DNA of 64,000 nt. It comes from an uncultured Planctomycetaceae bacterium (GTDB taxonomy: Bacteria > Planctomycetota > Planctomycetia > Planctomycetales > Planctomycetaceae). The notes below the pieces were generated by a model. It saw only the letters and a program-made list of their open reading frames with translations, made no database searches and was not told the DNA's origin. Where the stretch lies: contig CAWFGE010000008.1 of assembly GCA_963815195.1 (NCBI GenBank), positions 1 through 64,000 on the forward strand. Reading direction: 5' to 3'. Positions 10,683-20,725 of this stretch are shown piece by piece; within the stretch, counting starts at the first letter, position 1; each line of letters opens with the position of its first letter. The position numbers and the translations under genes are program-made.

Positions 10683-11001
10683 TGAACGGTAGGCGCTAGC
10701 CTCCGGTTTCGAGGAAACGACACTCACAAAAGACAAAACCGGCGGCTAGCGCCTTGCCGCTCACCGGCGGCTGGCCTTGCCGCTCACCGGCGGCTGGCCT
10801 TGCCGCTCACCGGCGGCTCACGCCTTGCCGCTCACGTTGGGGAAGGCCGGCGGCGAGCGCCTTGCCGCTCACGTTGGGGAAGGCCGGCGGCTAGCGCCTT
10901 GCCGCTCACCGGCGGCGAGCGCCTTGCCGCTCACGTTGGGGAAGGCCGGCGGCGAGCGCCTTGCCGCTCAGTTGACCGGCGGCTAGCGCCTTGCCGCTCA
11001 C
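10683..11001. repeat. REP-like palindrome family B with tandem expansion (9 x gccttgccgctca)
   Basis: Left arm 10683-10709 pairs with 10736-10763; the right arm is then repeated in tandem; related unit at 23913-23993. Confidence 0.85.
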
Positions 11002-12136
11002 TTTGGTGCCAGCCGTTGCGGCGGATCATTTCTGAGACGACGTACTGGCCTTTTTCGATGGCGGTCGTGCCGGAGGCGGTCCGCCAGAGTTCCATCTGTT
11101 GGGCCGCGCCGGTGTGCTTGGGTAAGTTCGAGGCCGATTCGAGTTCTTGCCGGCAATCCAACTCCTCGGCAACGGGCCTGAGCAATTCGACGAGATGGTC
11201 CGTGGTTTCCTGCACGGAATACTGCTGGTAGTTGTCGCTGTCCACCAAAGGGGCTTCGGCTCCAAAGCGGATCGCCCGCCATTTGTTTTGCTGCACCATC
11301 ATGGGATGGTACTCGGCGAAGTACGTGCCCTCCTCGATCTCGTTGGAGATGGCGTGCACCAGGCATTGGACGAGGGCGGTAATCGAGAGCACCTGGTCCA
11401 GCGAAGCCGGCACGTCGCAGACGCGGATCTCCACGGTGCCGAAGTTATGGTGCGGGCGGATGTCCCACCAGATCTCGCGGATCGTGTTGATGAAGCCCGT
11501 GCTAATGAGGTGGTTGATGAGCCACACATATTCGCTCCAATTCCGCATCTGATGCGGCAGTCCCGCGGTGGGAAGATCCTGCATGACCATCGAGCGGTTG
11601 GAATGCAGCCCCGTGCAGCGGCTGTTCCAGAACGGCGAATTGACCGACAACGCCAAGAGCAGCGGCAAATGCCGGAGCATGCGGTCGCAGATCATCACGG
11701 CTTTGTCGCCGCTGTCCACGCCGATATGCACATGCAGGCCAAACGTGACCAGCCGGCGGGCGACGTCCTGCATCAGTTCCACGAGGCGGTGGTAGCGGTC
11801 GTTGACGGTGATTTTCTGGTCCTTCCAATGGGAAAACGGATGCGTCGCTCCCCAAAACAGCTTGAGGCCCAGGTCGTCGGTGATTTTTTCCAGAACTTCG
11901 AGCGTGGACCGCAAATCCTCGCCGGCTTCCCGCACCGTCTGGCAGATGCCGGTGTTGATCTCCAGGTAGCTCTGCATCAACTCCGGTTTGATCCGCTCGG
12001 AAAACTCGGCGGGCACGGCTTTTTGCACCTGTTCGATGGCGCTCGACAGCGCCCAGGTCTCGGCATCCACCAGTTGCAGTTCCACCTCAACGCCGATGGT
12101 GGGCGAATCGTTTCGCGTAAACGGGAACGTTGACAT
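10931..12136 (-). CDS. ybdK: YbdK-family carboxylate-amine ligase (GCS2)
   Basis: TIGVEVELQL, FGLHVHIG, LALSVNSPFW, WWDIRP, GTVEIRVCD. Confidence 0.92.
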   Translation of the reverse strand: MSTFPFTRNDSPTIGVEVELQLVDAETWALSSAIEQVQKAVPAEFSERIKPELMQSYLEINTGICQTVREAGEDLRSTLEVLEKITDDLGLKLFWGATHPFSHWKDQKITVNDRYHRLVELMQDVARRLVTFGLHVHIGVDSGDKAVMICDRMLRHLPLLLALSVNSPFWNSRCTGLHSNRSMVMQDLPTAGLPHQMRNWSEYVWLINHLISTGFINTIREIWWDIRPHHNFGTVEIRVCDVPASLDQVLSITALVQCLVHAISNEIEEGTYFAEYHPMMVQQNKWRAIRFGAEAPLVDSDNYQQYSVQETTDHLVELLRPVAEELDCRQELESASNLPKHTGAAQQMELWRTASGTTAIEKGQYVVSEMIRRNGWHQSERQGASRRSTERQGARRRPSPT

Positions 12137-12226
12137 GCATTTCTCCTTGGGGACGGGAGGCGCGATGTGAAGGAGGACAGAAGATCGAGGATGGGGGATC
12201 GGATATTAGTCGTTCCAAAAAAGGCG

Positions 12227-12294
12227 AGAGCCGCGCACGAAGTAAGCGGTGTTGTGATCCTTTTTAAAAAACCGCTTACTTCGTGCGCGGCTCT
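12227..12294. repeat. REP/REPIN-like palindrome, family A (second copy)
   Basis: 24-bp arms matching those at 6300-6369 with a different loop. Confidence 0.85.
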
Positions 12295-12379
12295 TAAGAA
12301 GCGAACTACAGGATATGGTTCCGATGATCCCCTAACTTCAAACTTGTAATGTTTAACTCGAAACTTGTAACTTCCATCC

Positions 12380-13708
12380 TCACTCGGGTTGCTTTTTCAC
12401 GTTTTGATTCCAGTCGCAAACGGACAAATGCAGCGCGGTTCGCAGGAGGATGCGGGATCCCCAGGCGAGGATTCGCTCGTCCAGATCGAACAGCGGCGAA
12501 TGCAGAAAATGGGCTTCCCGCCCGGGAGGTCGGCAGCCCAAGCGGAGCATCGCACCGGGGGCGTGGTCCAGATACACCGAAAAATCTTCGCCGCCCATGC
12601 TGGGAAGGGCGATGGAATCGATCTGGTCCTCGCCGAGGACGTCTTTGGCCGATTGTTCGAGGACCGCGGTGACTCGGGGATCGTTCACGACGGCCCCGAG
12701 CGGATCGTAAAACCGGCGGCGGATGCTGGCTCCGGTGCTGAGCTCCGCCCCGGAGCAGATGCGGTCGATTTCAGTTTTCAGCGTCGCCCGGCTCGCGGAA
12801 TCAGTCGTGCGGAGGGTGCCCAGGAGGTGCACCGATTCGGGGATGACATTCGCCGCCGAGCCGCCTTCGATTTTGCCGATCGTGAACACCGCCGGGTGCC
12901 GGGAGTCCACCCGCCGGGGCAGAAATTCATAAAGCGACCCGACCAAATGGGCGGCGGCGGCGATGGGGTCGATCGAATGATGCGGTCGGGCCGCGTGTCC
13001 GCCCCGGCCTTCCACGAAGAGTTCGACCTCGTCGCAATTCGCCGTCAACACGCCGTAGCGGATCCCCGCCCGTCCCGCGGGACGTTCGGGATCGACGTGG
13101 AGCGCGACGATCGCGGCGACGCCTTCCATTGCTCCCTGGGCAATGAGCCACTCGGCCCCTTGCGAGGTCTCCTCGGCGGGTTGAAAAATCAACCTGAGCC
13201 TAAGCCCGAAGGCGTTGTGATCCTCTTCCGAAAGCAGGCCTTCCCGCCAAATCCGTTCCAAACGGGCCGCGGCCAAACCGGCTCCCAGCGTGATCGCGGT
13301 GTGCCCATCGTGCCCGCAGGCGTGGGCTTTGCCCGGATGCTGCGAGCGATAGGGAACGGCCTTGGCATCGGTCAGCGGCAAGGCGTCGATGTCTGTGCGA
13401 ATCGCGATTAACGGAGTCTCCGGCCCCGGACTTCCCAACGTGAGATCGGCAAAGGCGCCCGTTTCCAAGCCGTCGGGATTCCGGCAAACCGTCGGCGAGA
13501 AGCCGGCTTCCCGCAGCCGTTCGGCGATCAACCGCGTGGTCTCGATTTCTTCGCCGCTGATCTCGGGATGGGCATGCAGATGCCGGCGGATGTCGATTTG
13601 CTGCTGGGCCGATTTCGCGATCTGCTCATCAAGCCCCCGCGCCCAACGTTCTATGACGGCCCGGCGATGTGATTGCGCATTCTCCGGCTGTCCCGTTCCA
13701 CCTGGCAT
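12380..13708 (-). CDS. M20 family amidohydrolase
   Basis: HAHPEISGEE, RTDIDALP, HACGHDGH, FQPAEE, GGHAARPH, MGGEDF; exact start uncertain. Confidence 0.9.
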   Translation of the reverse strand: MPGGTGQPENAQSHRRAVIERWARGLDEQIAKSAQQQIDIRRHLHAHPEISGEEIETTRLIAERLREAGFSPTVCRNPDGLETGAFADLTLGSPGPETPLIAIRTDIDALPLTDAKAVPYRSQHPGKAHACGHDGHTAITLGAGLAAARLERIWREGLLSEEDHNAFGLRLRLIFQPAEETSQGAEWLIAQGAMEGVAAIVALHVDPERPAGRAGIRYGVLTANCDEVELFVEGRGGHAARPHHSIDPIAAAAHLVGSLYEFLPRRVDSRHPAVFTIGKIEGGSAANVIPESVHLLGTLRTTDSASRATLKTEIDRICSGAELSTGASIRRRFYDPLGAVVNDPRVTAVLEQSAKDVLGEDQIDSIALPSMGGEDFSVYLDHAPGAMLRLGCRPPGREAHFLHSPLFDLDERILAWGSRILLRTALHLSVCDWNQNVKKQPE

Positions 13709-13919
13709 AGAAAACTCGATCTTCCAAACTTGCATCAACGGAGTGGTTTCACCAAATCGTCAGTGAATTATAGCGATTTTCTCTACGGGCAAGATAGAGG
13801 CGTCCAGGAATGCCGCGATTCAGCCTTGCCCGCCGCGGCCTTTCCTGCAAGATTACAGTCTCAGAGAGATTCGCTGGAGAGATCTCTGAGGGACGCACCA
13901 TTCCGGGAGATCTCGACGC

Positions 13920-15623
13920 ATGACCGATGAAAACCGGGCGAGCACCATTGCTTATTTCTCAATGGAAATCGCCCTCGAATCCGATATTCCCACCTACAGC
14001 GGCGGGTTGGGGGTGCTCGCGGGCGATACGATTCGCTCGGCCGCGGACCTCAAGGTCCCGATGGTCGCGGTATCGCTGCTTCACCGGATGGGATATTTCT
14101 TTCAGCGGATCGACGCCTCCGGCCGGCAGCACGAGGAGCCCGTGCATTGGAGCCTGAACGATTATCTGGCCGAAATGCCGGGCCGAGCTTCGGTGACGAT
14201 CGAAGGCCGCCCGGTGCAAATTCGCGCCTGGAGATTTGAAAGGCGGGGCGTCAGCGGACATGTTGTCCCCGTCTATCTGCTCGATACCGATCTGCCGGAG
14301 AACTCCGACTTCGACCGCACGCTGACGCACTGGCTCTACGGCGGCGACTCGCACTATCGGCTCTGCCAGGAAACGGTGCTGGGCATCGGCGGCGTGCGGA
14401 TGCTCCGCGAGCTGGAATACGACAGCCTCCGGCAGTATCACATGAACGAAGGCCACGCGAGCCTGTTGGTCTTGGAACTGCTCTCCGAGCAAGCGCGGCT
14501 CGCCGGCCGGGAGCACGTGACGCATGAAGACATCGACCCCGTCCGCCGGCGGTGCGTGTTTACCACGCACACCCCCGTTCCCGCAGGGCACGACCAGTTC
14601 CCGATGGATCTCGTCACGCGGGTGCTCGGACGCCAGGAGGTGTTCGAAATGAAGGACGTCTTCTGCTGCGACGGCGTGTTGAACATGACGTTCCTCTCGC
14701 TGAACCTCAGCCATTACGTCAACGGCGTGGCCAAGCGGCACGGGCTGGTGACGCAGCACATGTTCGCCCACTACGTGATCGACGCAATCACCAACGGCGT
14801 GCATGCGGCGACCTGGACCGGGCCGGCCTTTCAGCGGCTCTTCGATCAGCACATTCCCGGCTGGCGGGAGGACAACTACAGCCTGCGGTATGCGCTCAAC
14901 ATCGCCCCGAACGACATCTGGGCCGCTCATCAGGAGCAAAAACGCGAACTCGTCCAACGTTTGAACCGGGAAACCAATGCGGGGATGGACGAGGATGTGC
15001 TGACCATCGGCTTCGCCCGCCGGATGACCGCCTACAAGCGGCCGGACCTGTTGTTTCGCGACAAAAACCGCCTCAAGCAAATCGCCGCGAAGTGCGGCCG
15101 GCTGCAACTCGTATTCGCGGGGAAGGCCCATCCGCACGATGAGGAAGGCAAGAACCTGATCCAGCGCGTGTTTCAAATCCGCGAAGAACTCGGCGATGGG
15201 ATCCGCATTGCCTACTTGAACAACTACGACATGCAGCTCGGAGGGTTGATGACCGGAGGCGTGGATGTCTGGCTCAACACGCCCAAGCCGCCGATGGAAG
15301 CCTCCGGGACCAGCGGCATGAAAGCCGCGCTCAATGGCGTGCCCTCGCTGAGCATTCTCGACGGCTGGTGGCTGGAAGGGTGCATCGAGGGGCTGACCGG
15401 CTGGGGCATCGGAGAAGAAGCCTCCGAACCACACAAACGCCAGGACGGCGAGCGCGACGCCCATTCGCTTTATGAGAAGCTCGAAAACATCGTCTGCCCC
15501 ACCTTCTATGACAACAGGTCTCGCTTTATCGAAATCATGCGGCACGCCATCGCACTCAACGGCTCATTCTTCAATACCCAACGCATGCTCAGCCAATATG
15601 TGCTCAAGGCGTATTTTGCATAA
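13920..15623 (+). CDS. glgP: Alpha-glucan phosphorylase
   Basis: [44 protein letters not shown] (PLP lysine). Confidence 0.93.
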   Translation: MTDENRASTIAYFSMEIALESDIPTYSGGLGVLAGDTIRSAADLKVPMVAVSLLHRMGYFFQRIDASGRQHEEPVHWSLNDYLAEMPGRASVTIEGRPVQIRAWRFERRGVSGHVVPVYLLDTDLPENSDFDRTLTHWLYGGDSHYRLCQETVLGIGGVRMLRELEYDSLRQYHMNEGHASLLVLELLSEQARLAGREHVTHEDIDPVRRRCVFTTHTPVPAGHDQFPMDLVTRVLGRQEVFEMKDVFCCDGVLNMTFLSLNLSHYVNGVAKRHGLVTQHMFAHYVIDAITNGVHAATWTGPAFQRLFDQHIPGWREDNYSLRYALNIAPNDIWAAHQEQKRELVQRLNRETNAGMDEDVLTIGFARRMTAYKRPDLLFRDKNRLKQIAAKCGRLQLVFAGKAHPHDEEGKNLIQRVFQIREELGDGIRIAYLNNYDMQLGGLMTGGVDVWLNTPKPPMEASGTSGMKAALNGVPSLSILDGWWLEGCIEGLTGWGIGEEASEPHKRQDGERDAHSLYEKLENIVCPTFYDNRSRFIEIMRHAIALNGSFFNTQRMLSQYVLKAYFA

Positions 15624-15785
15624 CGCGTGTTTCACGGAAGTCAGGACTCGGGTGGCACGGGTGGCACGTCCCTGAGGAACGAAGGGCGTGGTCTTAGCGA
15701 TCGACACGCCCCTTGATCGTTTGATTCAACACATGCCTGTGTTAAGATGGGTTCCTGTCCCACTCCCTTTCTCTTGGAACTCGAT

Positions 15786-16775
15786 ATGTCCAACGCTTCG
15801 TTCTCCCGGCGGGATTTTCTTGCGGCATCGGCTTTGACGGGATCGGCATTCCTGACGGGGAATTGGCGTTCTCCCGCGAAGGCACAAACCGGAGCCGCGG
15901 CGGGCGACGCCGGCGCGAAACCTTCGATGCCGATCGTCGACTGCCATCTGCACATCAATCATTTCGACCGCTCGGTGGAAGACACCATCAAGCACATGGA
16001 CGCCACCGGCACGACGCAGGCGTTTATCTTGCCCTTGGAAACCGGCGAAGGCGGCGTGACGTTGCGGACGGAAACCGTGCTCCACGCCTATCACAAATAT
16101 CCCGACCGCGTAATTCCGTTTTGCCAGACCGACATCCGCCAGCCGGATGCGTTGGAGCGGGTCAGGGCGTATCATCTGTTGGGCTGCCGGGGCATTGGAG
16201 AACAGAAAGAGCACCTCCCCCTCAAAGACCGCCGCGTGGAAGCCGTGATCGCGGTGTGCGACGAATTGAACTGGCCGATCACGATGCATTTCCAGGACGG
16301 CAAGAACGGCTACAACCAGGGGCTGGCCGAGGATCTGGAACCCTATCTGAAAAAGTACAAGCGAGTGCGAATCATCGGCCACGCTCAAACGTGGTGGGCG
16401 AACATCAGCGCAGACGTGCCGCCCGCGGAGAAATCCCTGTACCCCCAAGGCCCCGTCAAACCGGGCGGTCTGCTCGATCGGCTGCTCGGCGAATATCCCA
16501 ACCTGTATGCCGACCTCTCCGCCGGCAGCGGGTACAACGCGCTCACCCGGGATGAGGACTTCACCGCGGGCTTTTTTGAACGGCATTCGAAGCAACTGCT
16601 CTTCGGCAGCGATTGCCCCTGCCGCGACGGCAAAGGCGCGAACTTCAAAGGCGTCTGCTACAACACGCAGCTGCAAACCTTTCTTAAACGCATGGTCCAA
16701 GACAAAACCGCCCTCGCGGACATCCTCGGCGGCAACGCGCTGCGGGCACTCCAGGGGACCAGCGAACGCGGATAA
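15786..16775 (+). CDS. Tat-exported amidohydrolase (TIM barrel)
   Basis: SRRDFL twin-arginine signal; DCHLH, MHF, IIGH, FGSDCP. Confidence 0.88.
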   Translation: MSNASFSRRDFLAASALTGSAFLTGNWRSPAKAQTGAAAGDAGAKPSMPIVDCHLHINHFDRSVEDTIKHMDATGTTQAFILPLETGEGGVTLRTETVLHAYHKYPDRVIPFCQTDIRQPDALERVRAYHLLGCRGIGEQKEHLPLKDRRVEAVIAVCDELNWPITMHFQDGKNGYNQGLAEDLEPYLKKYKRVRIIGHAQTWWANISADVPPAEKSLYPQGPVKPGGLLDRLLGEYPNLYADLSAGSGYNALTRDEDFTAGFFERHSKQLLFGSDCPCRDGKGANFKGVCYNTQLQTFLKRMVQDKTALADILGGNALRALQGTSERG

Positions 16776-16784
16776 TTCAACAGC

Positions 16785-16834
16785 CCGAAGCGCCAGCGAG
16801 GAAAATCCATTAAGTTCCCTCGCTGGCGCTTCGG
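16785..16834. repeat. REP-like palindrome, family C
   Basis: 17-bp arms ccgaagcgccagcgagg / cctcgctggcgcttcgg in the intergenic gap. Confidence 0.7.
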
Positions 16835-16859
16835 ACTGGTATCGACTGAGGAGGCGGTG

Positions 16860-18254
16860 ATGCTTTCGATCTTCGGACATTCGCCCCGGTTATGCGACGG
16901 CATCTCCCGGCGGGCCATTCTGCAAGCGGGCGGCTTCGGCGCGCTGGGACTCTCCGCATCAAGACCTCGCGTCGCGCCGGCCAATGACCCGCGGCCGATT
17001 CCGAAGCAGGCGAAGCAGTGCATTGTGCTGTTTCTTTTGGGCGGGCCGCCGCAGCACTCCACGTGGGATCCCAAGCCGCTCGCCGCCGCCGAAGTCCGCG
17101 GCGAGTTCGGGCCCATCGGCACCACGGTTCCCGGCATTCAGATTTCGGAACTGCTGCCGCTCTCGGCTCAGCGGATGGACAAGCTCGCCCTCGTGCGCTC
17201 GGTCGTCACCGGCGACAACGCCCACTCGTCGAGCGGGTATTACATGATGACCGGATACGCCCACGTCCCCAAGAACCGCGAAAACGCCAATCCGGGGCCG
17301 CCCAACGATTGGCCCACGATGGCGGCGGTCGTGCAGCATCTTTCCCGGAATCGGCATTTGCTGCCGGCCTCCATCCGGCTGCCGCACCACATCTTTAACA
17401 CCGACGGCTCGGTCTGGCCGGGGCAGGATTCGGGCTGGCTGGGACACAAGGCGAATCCGTGGTTGTTCCACTGCGAGCCGGCTTCGCCCAATTTCGACGT
17501 GCCGCAGTTTCGCTTGCAGGCCGACGTGACGTTGGGCCGGCTGAGCCATCGCCGGCGGCTGTTGGAGCAGTTGGAATCCGGCCTGCGGGACGCCGAGCAA
17601 AGCGGCCGGCTCGCGCGGTATTCCGACCAGCAACGGCAGGCGTTTGATTTGCTCACCACGGCCCGAGCCCGGGAGGCCTGCGACCTCGCGCGGGAGCCGC
17701 AAACGGTCCGCGACCGCTACGGCCGAAGCCAGTTCGGGCAGAGCGTCTTGTTGGCCCGGCGATTGATCGACGCCGACGTGGATTTCGTGCAGGTCAACTG
17801 GTTTCGCGGCCCCGACGAACCTTCGGACGCTCCGTGCTGGGACAGCCATTCCAACGAATCGAAGCGGCTGAAGACCGTGCTCGTCCCGCCGTTCGATCAG
17901 GCTCTCTCGGCATTGCTCGATGAACTGGAGCAAAGCGGCCGACTGTCGGAAACGCTGGTGGTCTGCCTGGCGGAGTTCGGGCGGACGCCGAAGTTCAACG
18001 GCCGGGCCGGGCGAGATCATTGGGGGAATGTGTTTTCGGTCGCGTTGGCGGGCGGGGGCATAAAGGGCGGGCAGGTTTACGGAGCCTCCGACGACCAGGC
18101 CGCGTACCCGCTCGAAAAACTCGTGCGTCCGGAAGACATCTCGGCGACGATTTTCCACTGCCTGGGCTATCCGCCCGAGACCGAACTCCGCGACCCCTTG
18201 GACCGCCCGCTGCCCATCTCCCGCGGCCGCGTGCTCTCCGCACTGCTCTCGTGA
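16860..18254 (+). CDS. DUF1501 domain protein
   Basis: SRR signal, GGPPQHSTWDPKP, LLARRL, WDSH, EFGRTP, GRDHW. Confidence 0.92.
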   Translation: MLSIFGHSPRLCDGISRRAILQAGGFGALGLSASRPRVAPANDPRPIPKQAKQCIVLFLLGGPPQHSTWDPKPLAAAEVRGEFGPIGTTVPGIQISELLPLSAQRMDKLALVRSVVTGDNAHSSSGYYMMTGYAHVPKNRENANPGPPNDWPTMAAVVQHLSRNRHLLPASIRLPHHIFNTDGSVWPGQDSGWLGHKANPWLFHCEPASPNFDVPQFRLQADVTLGRLSHRRRLLEQLESGLRDAEQSGRLARYSDQQRQAFDLLTTARAREACDLAREPQTVRDRYGRSQFGQSVLLARRLIDADVDFVQVNWFRGPDEPSDAPCWDSHSNESKRLKTVLVPPFDQALSALLDELEQSGRLSETLVVCLAEFGRTPKFNGRAGRDHWGNVFSVALAGGGIKGGQVYGASDDQAAYPLEKLVRPEDISATIFHCLGYPPETELRDPLDRPLPISRGRVLSALLS

Positions 18255-18277
18255 GGGAAGACGGCCGAAGAAACAAG

Positions 18278-19129
18278 TTAGCCCAGGATCGTTTCGCGAA
18301 GGTTTCTGAGCAGATTGACGGCATGGCCGATGTCGGCTTTTTGACGTTCGCGGTCGTGGGCGATTTCGCGTTCGATCGTTAAGGGGCCGGTGTAGCCGAT
18401 GTCTTTGAGCGTGCGGAGATAGGTTTCGATGCCCACGTCGCCTTCGCCGAGCGGGACTTCGCTGCCCCAGCTTTTGCCGCGCTCTCCGGGGGCTGCCCAT
18501 TTGGCGTCTTTGCAGTGGACGCTCTTGACGAGATTGCCAACGTTTTTGAGCGCCTCGATCGGATCGCCCGTGCCGTAGAGGATCATGTTCGCCGGATCGA
18601 AATTGATATAGAGGTTGTCGCGGCCCACGTCGACGATGAACTGCAACAGGTGGTCGGTGGTTTCCTGCCCGGTTTCCAGGTTGAGCCGCTGGCCGTTGGC
18701 CGCCACGTGGTCGAGGAGATCCCGCGTGGTCTGGAGCAGGTTTTTGTAGTTGTCGCTTTCGCGGTCTTCCGGGACGAAGCCGATGTGGAGGGCCACGGTC
18801 CCACAGCCCAGGAGCTTGGCGAAGTCGGAGATCTCTTTCATTTCCTGCGTCCGCGCGGCCCTGGCGGACTCCGGCACGAGGCCCACGGTCTTCGCGGTTG
18901 TGGGGATGTCGGCGTAGCTTTCGCCGTCGAAGCCGCCGAACACGGCGGTCACTTCAATGCCCGCGTCTTTGCATTTCTTCAGAAAGCGTTCCGCCGCCTC
19001 GGGGGTGCGGGTCTGTTTGTGCGGCGCGTGCACCTGCACGGTGGGGACTTTCAGCTCTTCCGCCACGTCGAGATGCACGCCCAAGCCGGCATCGACCGAA
19101 GTAAACACGCCCACGGGCCATTGCGTCAT
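18278..19129 (-). CDS. Sugar phosphate isomerase/epimerase (TIM barrel)
   Basis: LETGQE, NFDPANM, VHCKD, LGEGDV, LTIERE metal-binding pattern. Confidence 0.88.
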   Translation of the reverse strand: MTQWPVGVFTSVDAGLGVHLDVAEELKVPTVQVHAPHKQTRTPEAAERFLKKCKDAGIEVTAVFGGFDGESYADIPTTAKTVGLVPESARAARTQEMKEISDFAKLLGCGTVALHIGFVPEDRESDNYKNLLQTTRDLLDHVAANGQRLNLETGQETTDHLLQFIVDVGRDNLYINFDPANMILYGTGDPIEALKNVGNLVKSVHCKDAKWAAPGERGKSWGSEVPLGEGDVGIETYLRTLKDIGYTGPLTIEREIAHDRERQKADIGHAVNLLRNLRETILG

Positions 19130-19264
19130 GATGTTGCTTCCTCTGCGTAGGAATCTGGTGAAATCGTGCGATAAAGGATCACTCGAACAATTGTTGTCGT
19201 ATGAATTAGCCGCAGGGCGCTAGCCCCGGTTCGCGCGGAACCGACCTCAGCGTTTCGATATTCT

Positions 19265-20713
19265 CTAAGCCAAAACCTTCGACACGACATGGCCGGCCAC
19301 GTCCGTCAGGCGGAAATCCCGGCCTTGGAAGCGGTAGGTCAATCGTTCGTGATCGAGACCCAACAAATGCAAGATCGTCGCCTGCAGATCGTGAACGTGC
19401 ACAGGATCTTCGACGGAATAATAGCCCAATTCATCGGTCTTGCCCACGACCTGCCCGCCTTTCACGCCGCCGCCCGCCATCCACAGGGCATAAGCATCGA
19501 TGTGATGATCCCGGCCCGGCAGGTTGTCGCGTTCTTCGCCTTGCGGAGTCCGCCCGAACTCGCCGCTCCAAACCACCAAGGTGTCTTTTAAGAGGCCCCG
19601 GCGTTTGAGATCCATCACGAGTGCCGCGGATGGCTGGTCCGTTTCCCGGCAGCGGTCGTCGAGCGGCTGGGCCAGGTTGGTGCCGGGGTTCCCGTGGTGG
19701 TCCCAGTCGGTGTGATAAAGCTGCACGAACCGCACGCCCTTTTCGATCAGCCGGCGAGCGAGAAGACAGTTCCGCGCGAACGAAGGCTTGTCCGGATCGG
19801 CCCCGTAAAGGTCGAGCGTCTCTTTCGATTCGCCTCTGAGGTCCATGAGTTCCGGGGCGCTGGTCTGCATGCGGTAGGCCATTTCGTACGCGGCGATGCG
19901 GGTTTGAATCTCGGGGTCGCCCACCGATTGTTTGCGGATCGAATTGAGAGCCGTCACCGCCTCGACGAACTCGCCTTGTCTTTGGGCATTGAACCCCTGC
20001 GGGCTGGAGAGGTTCAGGATCGGATCGGCCCCGTTCAAAAACGGCACGCCCTGGTAAGTCGTCGGCAGAAATCCGCTGCCCCACAGCGGCGTTCCGCCTC
20101 GCGGACCGCGCGGCCCCGATTGCAAAACGACGAAGCCCGGCAAGTCCTGGGCTTCGCTGCCCAAGCCGTACGTCACCCAGGCCCCCATGCTCGGCCGGCC
20201 GAAGCGCGGCGAGCCGGTGTTGACGAACAGCTTCGCGGGGCCGTGGTTGAATACATCGGTCTTCATGCTGCGGATCAAACAGATGTCGTCCGCGAGGCCG
20301 CCGACGTGCGGAATGAGTTCCGAAAGCTCCATGCCGCATTCGCCGTACTTGTGGAACTTCCGCGCTGTGCCCAGGAGCTTCGCGTCCTTCTTGATGAACG
20401 CGAAGCGTTTGTTTTCCACGTACGATTGCGGAATCACCTGGCCGCTCAGTTCCTGGAGCTTGGGCTTGAGGTCGAACAGTTCCAGATGGCTCGGCCCGCC
20501 GGCTTGGAACAGGAAGATCACATTCTTGGCCCGCGCGGGGAAGTGCCCTTCGCGGGGCGCGAACGGCGTGGCTTGAATCTTCGCGGCGGCTTGGAGAGGC
20601 TGCTGATTGAGCAGCGAAGCCAACGCCATCGAACCCACGCCCAGGCCGCACTCGGCGAAGAAGTGCCGGCGGGTTCTGTGCTGTAAAAACTGTTGGAAAA
20701 GTGGTTGAGACAT
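19265..20713 (-). CDS. DUF1501 domain protein
   Basis: TRRHF signal, GGPSHLELFD, RPSMGAW, WDHH, EFGRTP, GRDHH. Confidence 0.92.
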   Translation of the reverse strand: MSQPLFQQFLQHRTRRHFFAECGLGVGSMALASLLNQQPLQAAAKIQATPFAPREGHFPARAKNVIFLFQAGGPSHLELFDLKPKLQELSGQVIPQSYVENKRFAFIKKDAKLLGTARKFHKYGECGMELSELIPHVGGLADDICLIRSMKTDVFNHGPAKLFVNTGSPRFGRPSMGAWVTYGLGSEAQDLPGFVVLQSGPRGPRGGTPLWGSGFLPTTYQGVPFLNGADPILNLSSPQGFNAQRQGEFVEAVTALNSIRKQSVGDPEIQTRIAAYEMAYRMQTSAPELMDLRGESKETLDLYGADPDKPSFARNCLLARRLIEKGVRFVQLYHTDWDHHGNPGTNLAQPLDDRCRETDQPSAALVMDLKRRGLLKDTLVVWSGEFGRTPQGEERDNLPGRDHHIDAYALWMAGGGVKGGQVVGKTDELGYYSVEDPVHVHDLQATILHLLGLDHERLTYRFQGRDFRLTDVAGHVVSKVLA

Positions 20714-20725
20714 GGCGGTTCCGAA

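Noticed and set aside
10740..11001. CRISPR array
   Set aside because: Spacers are short and repeated rather than unique, no cas genes, and the unit matches a REP arm found elsewhere.
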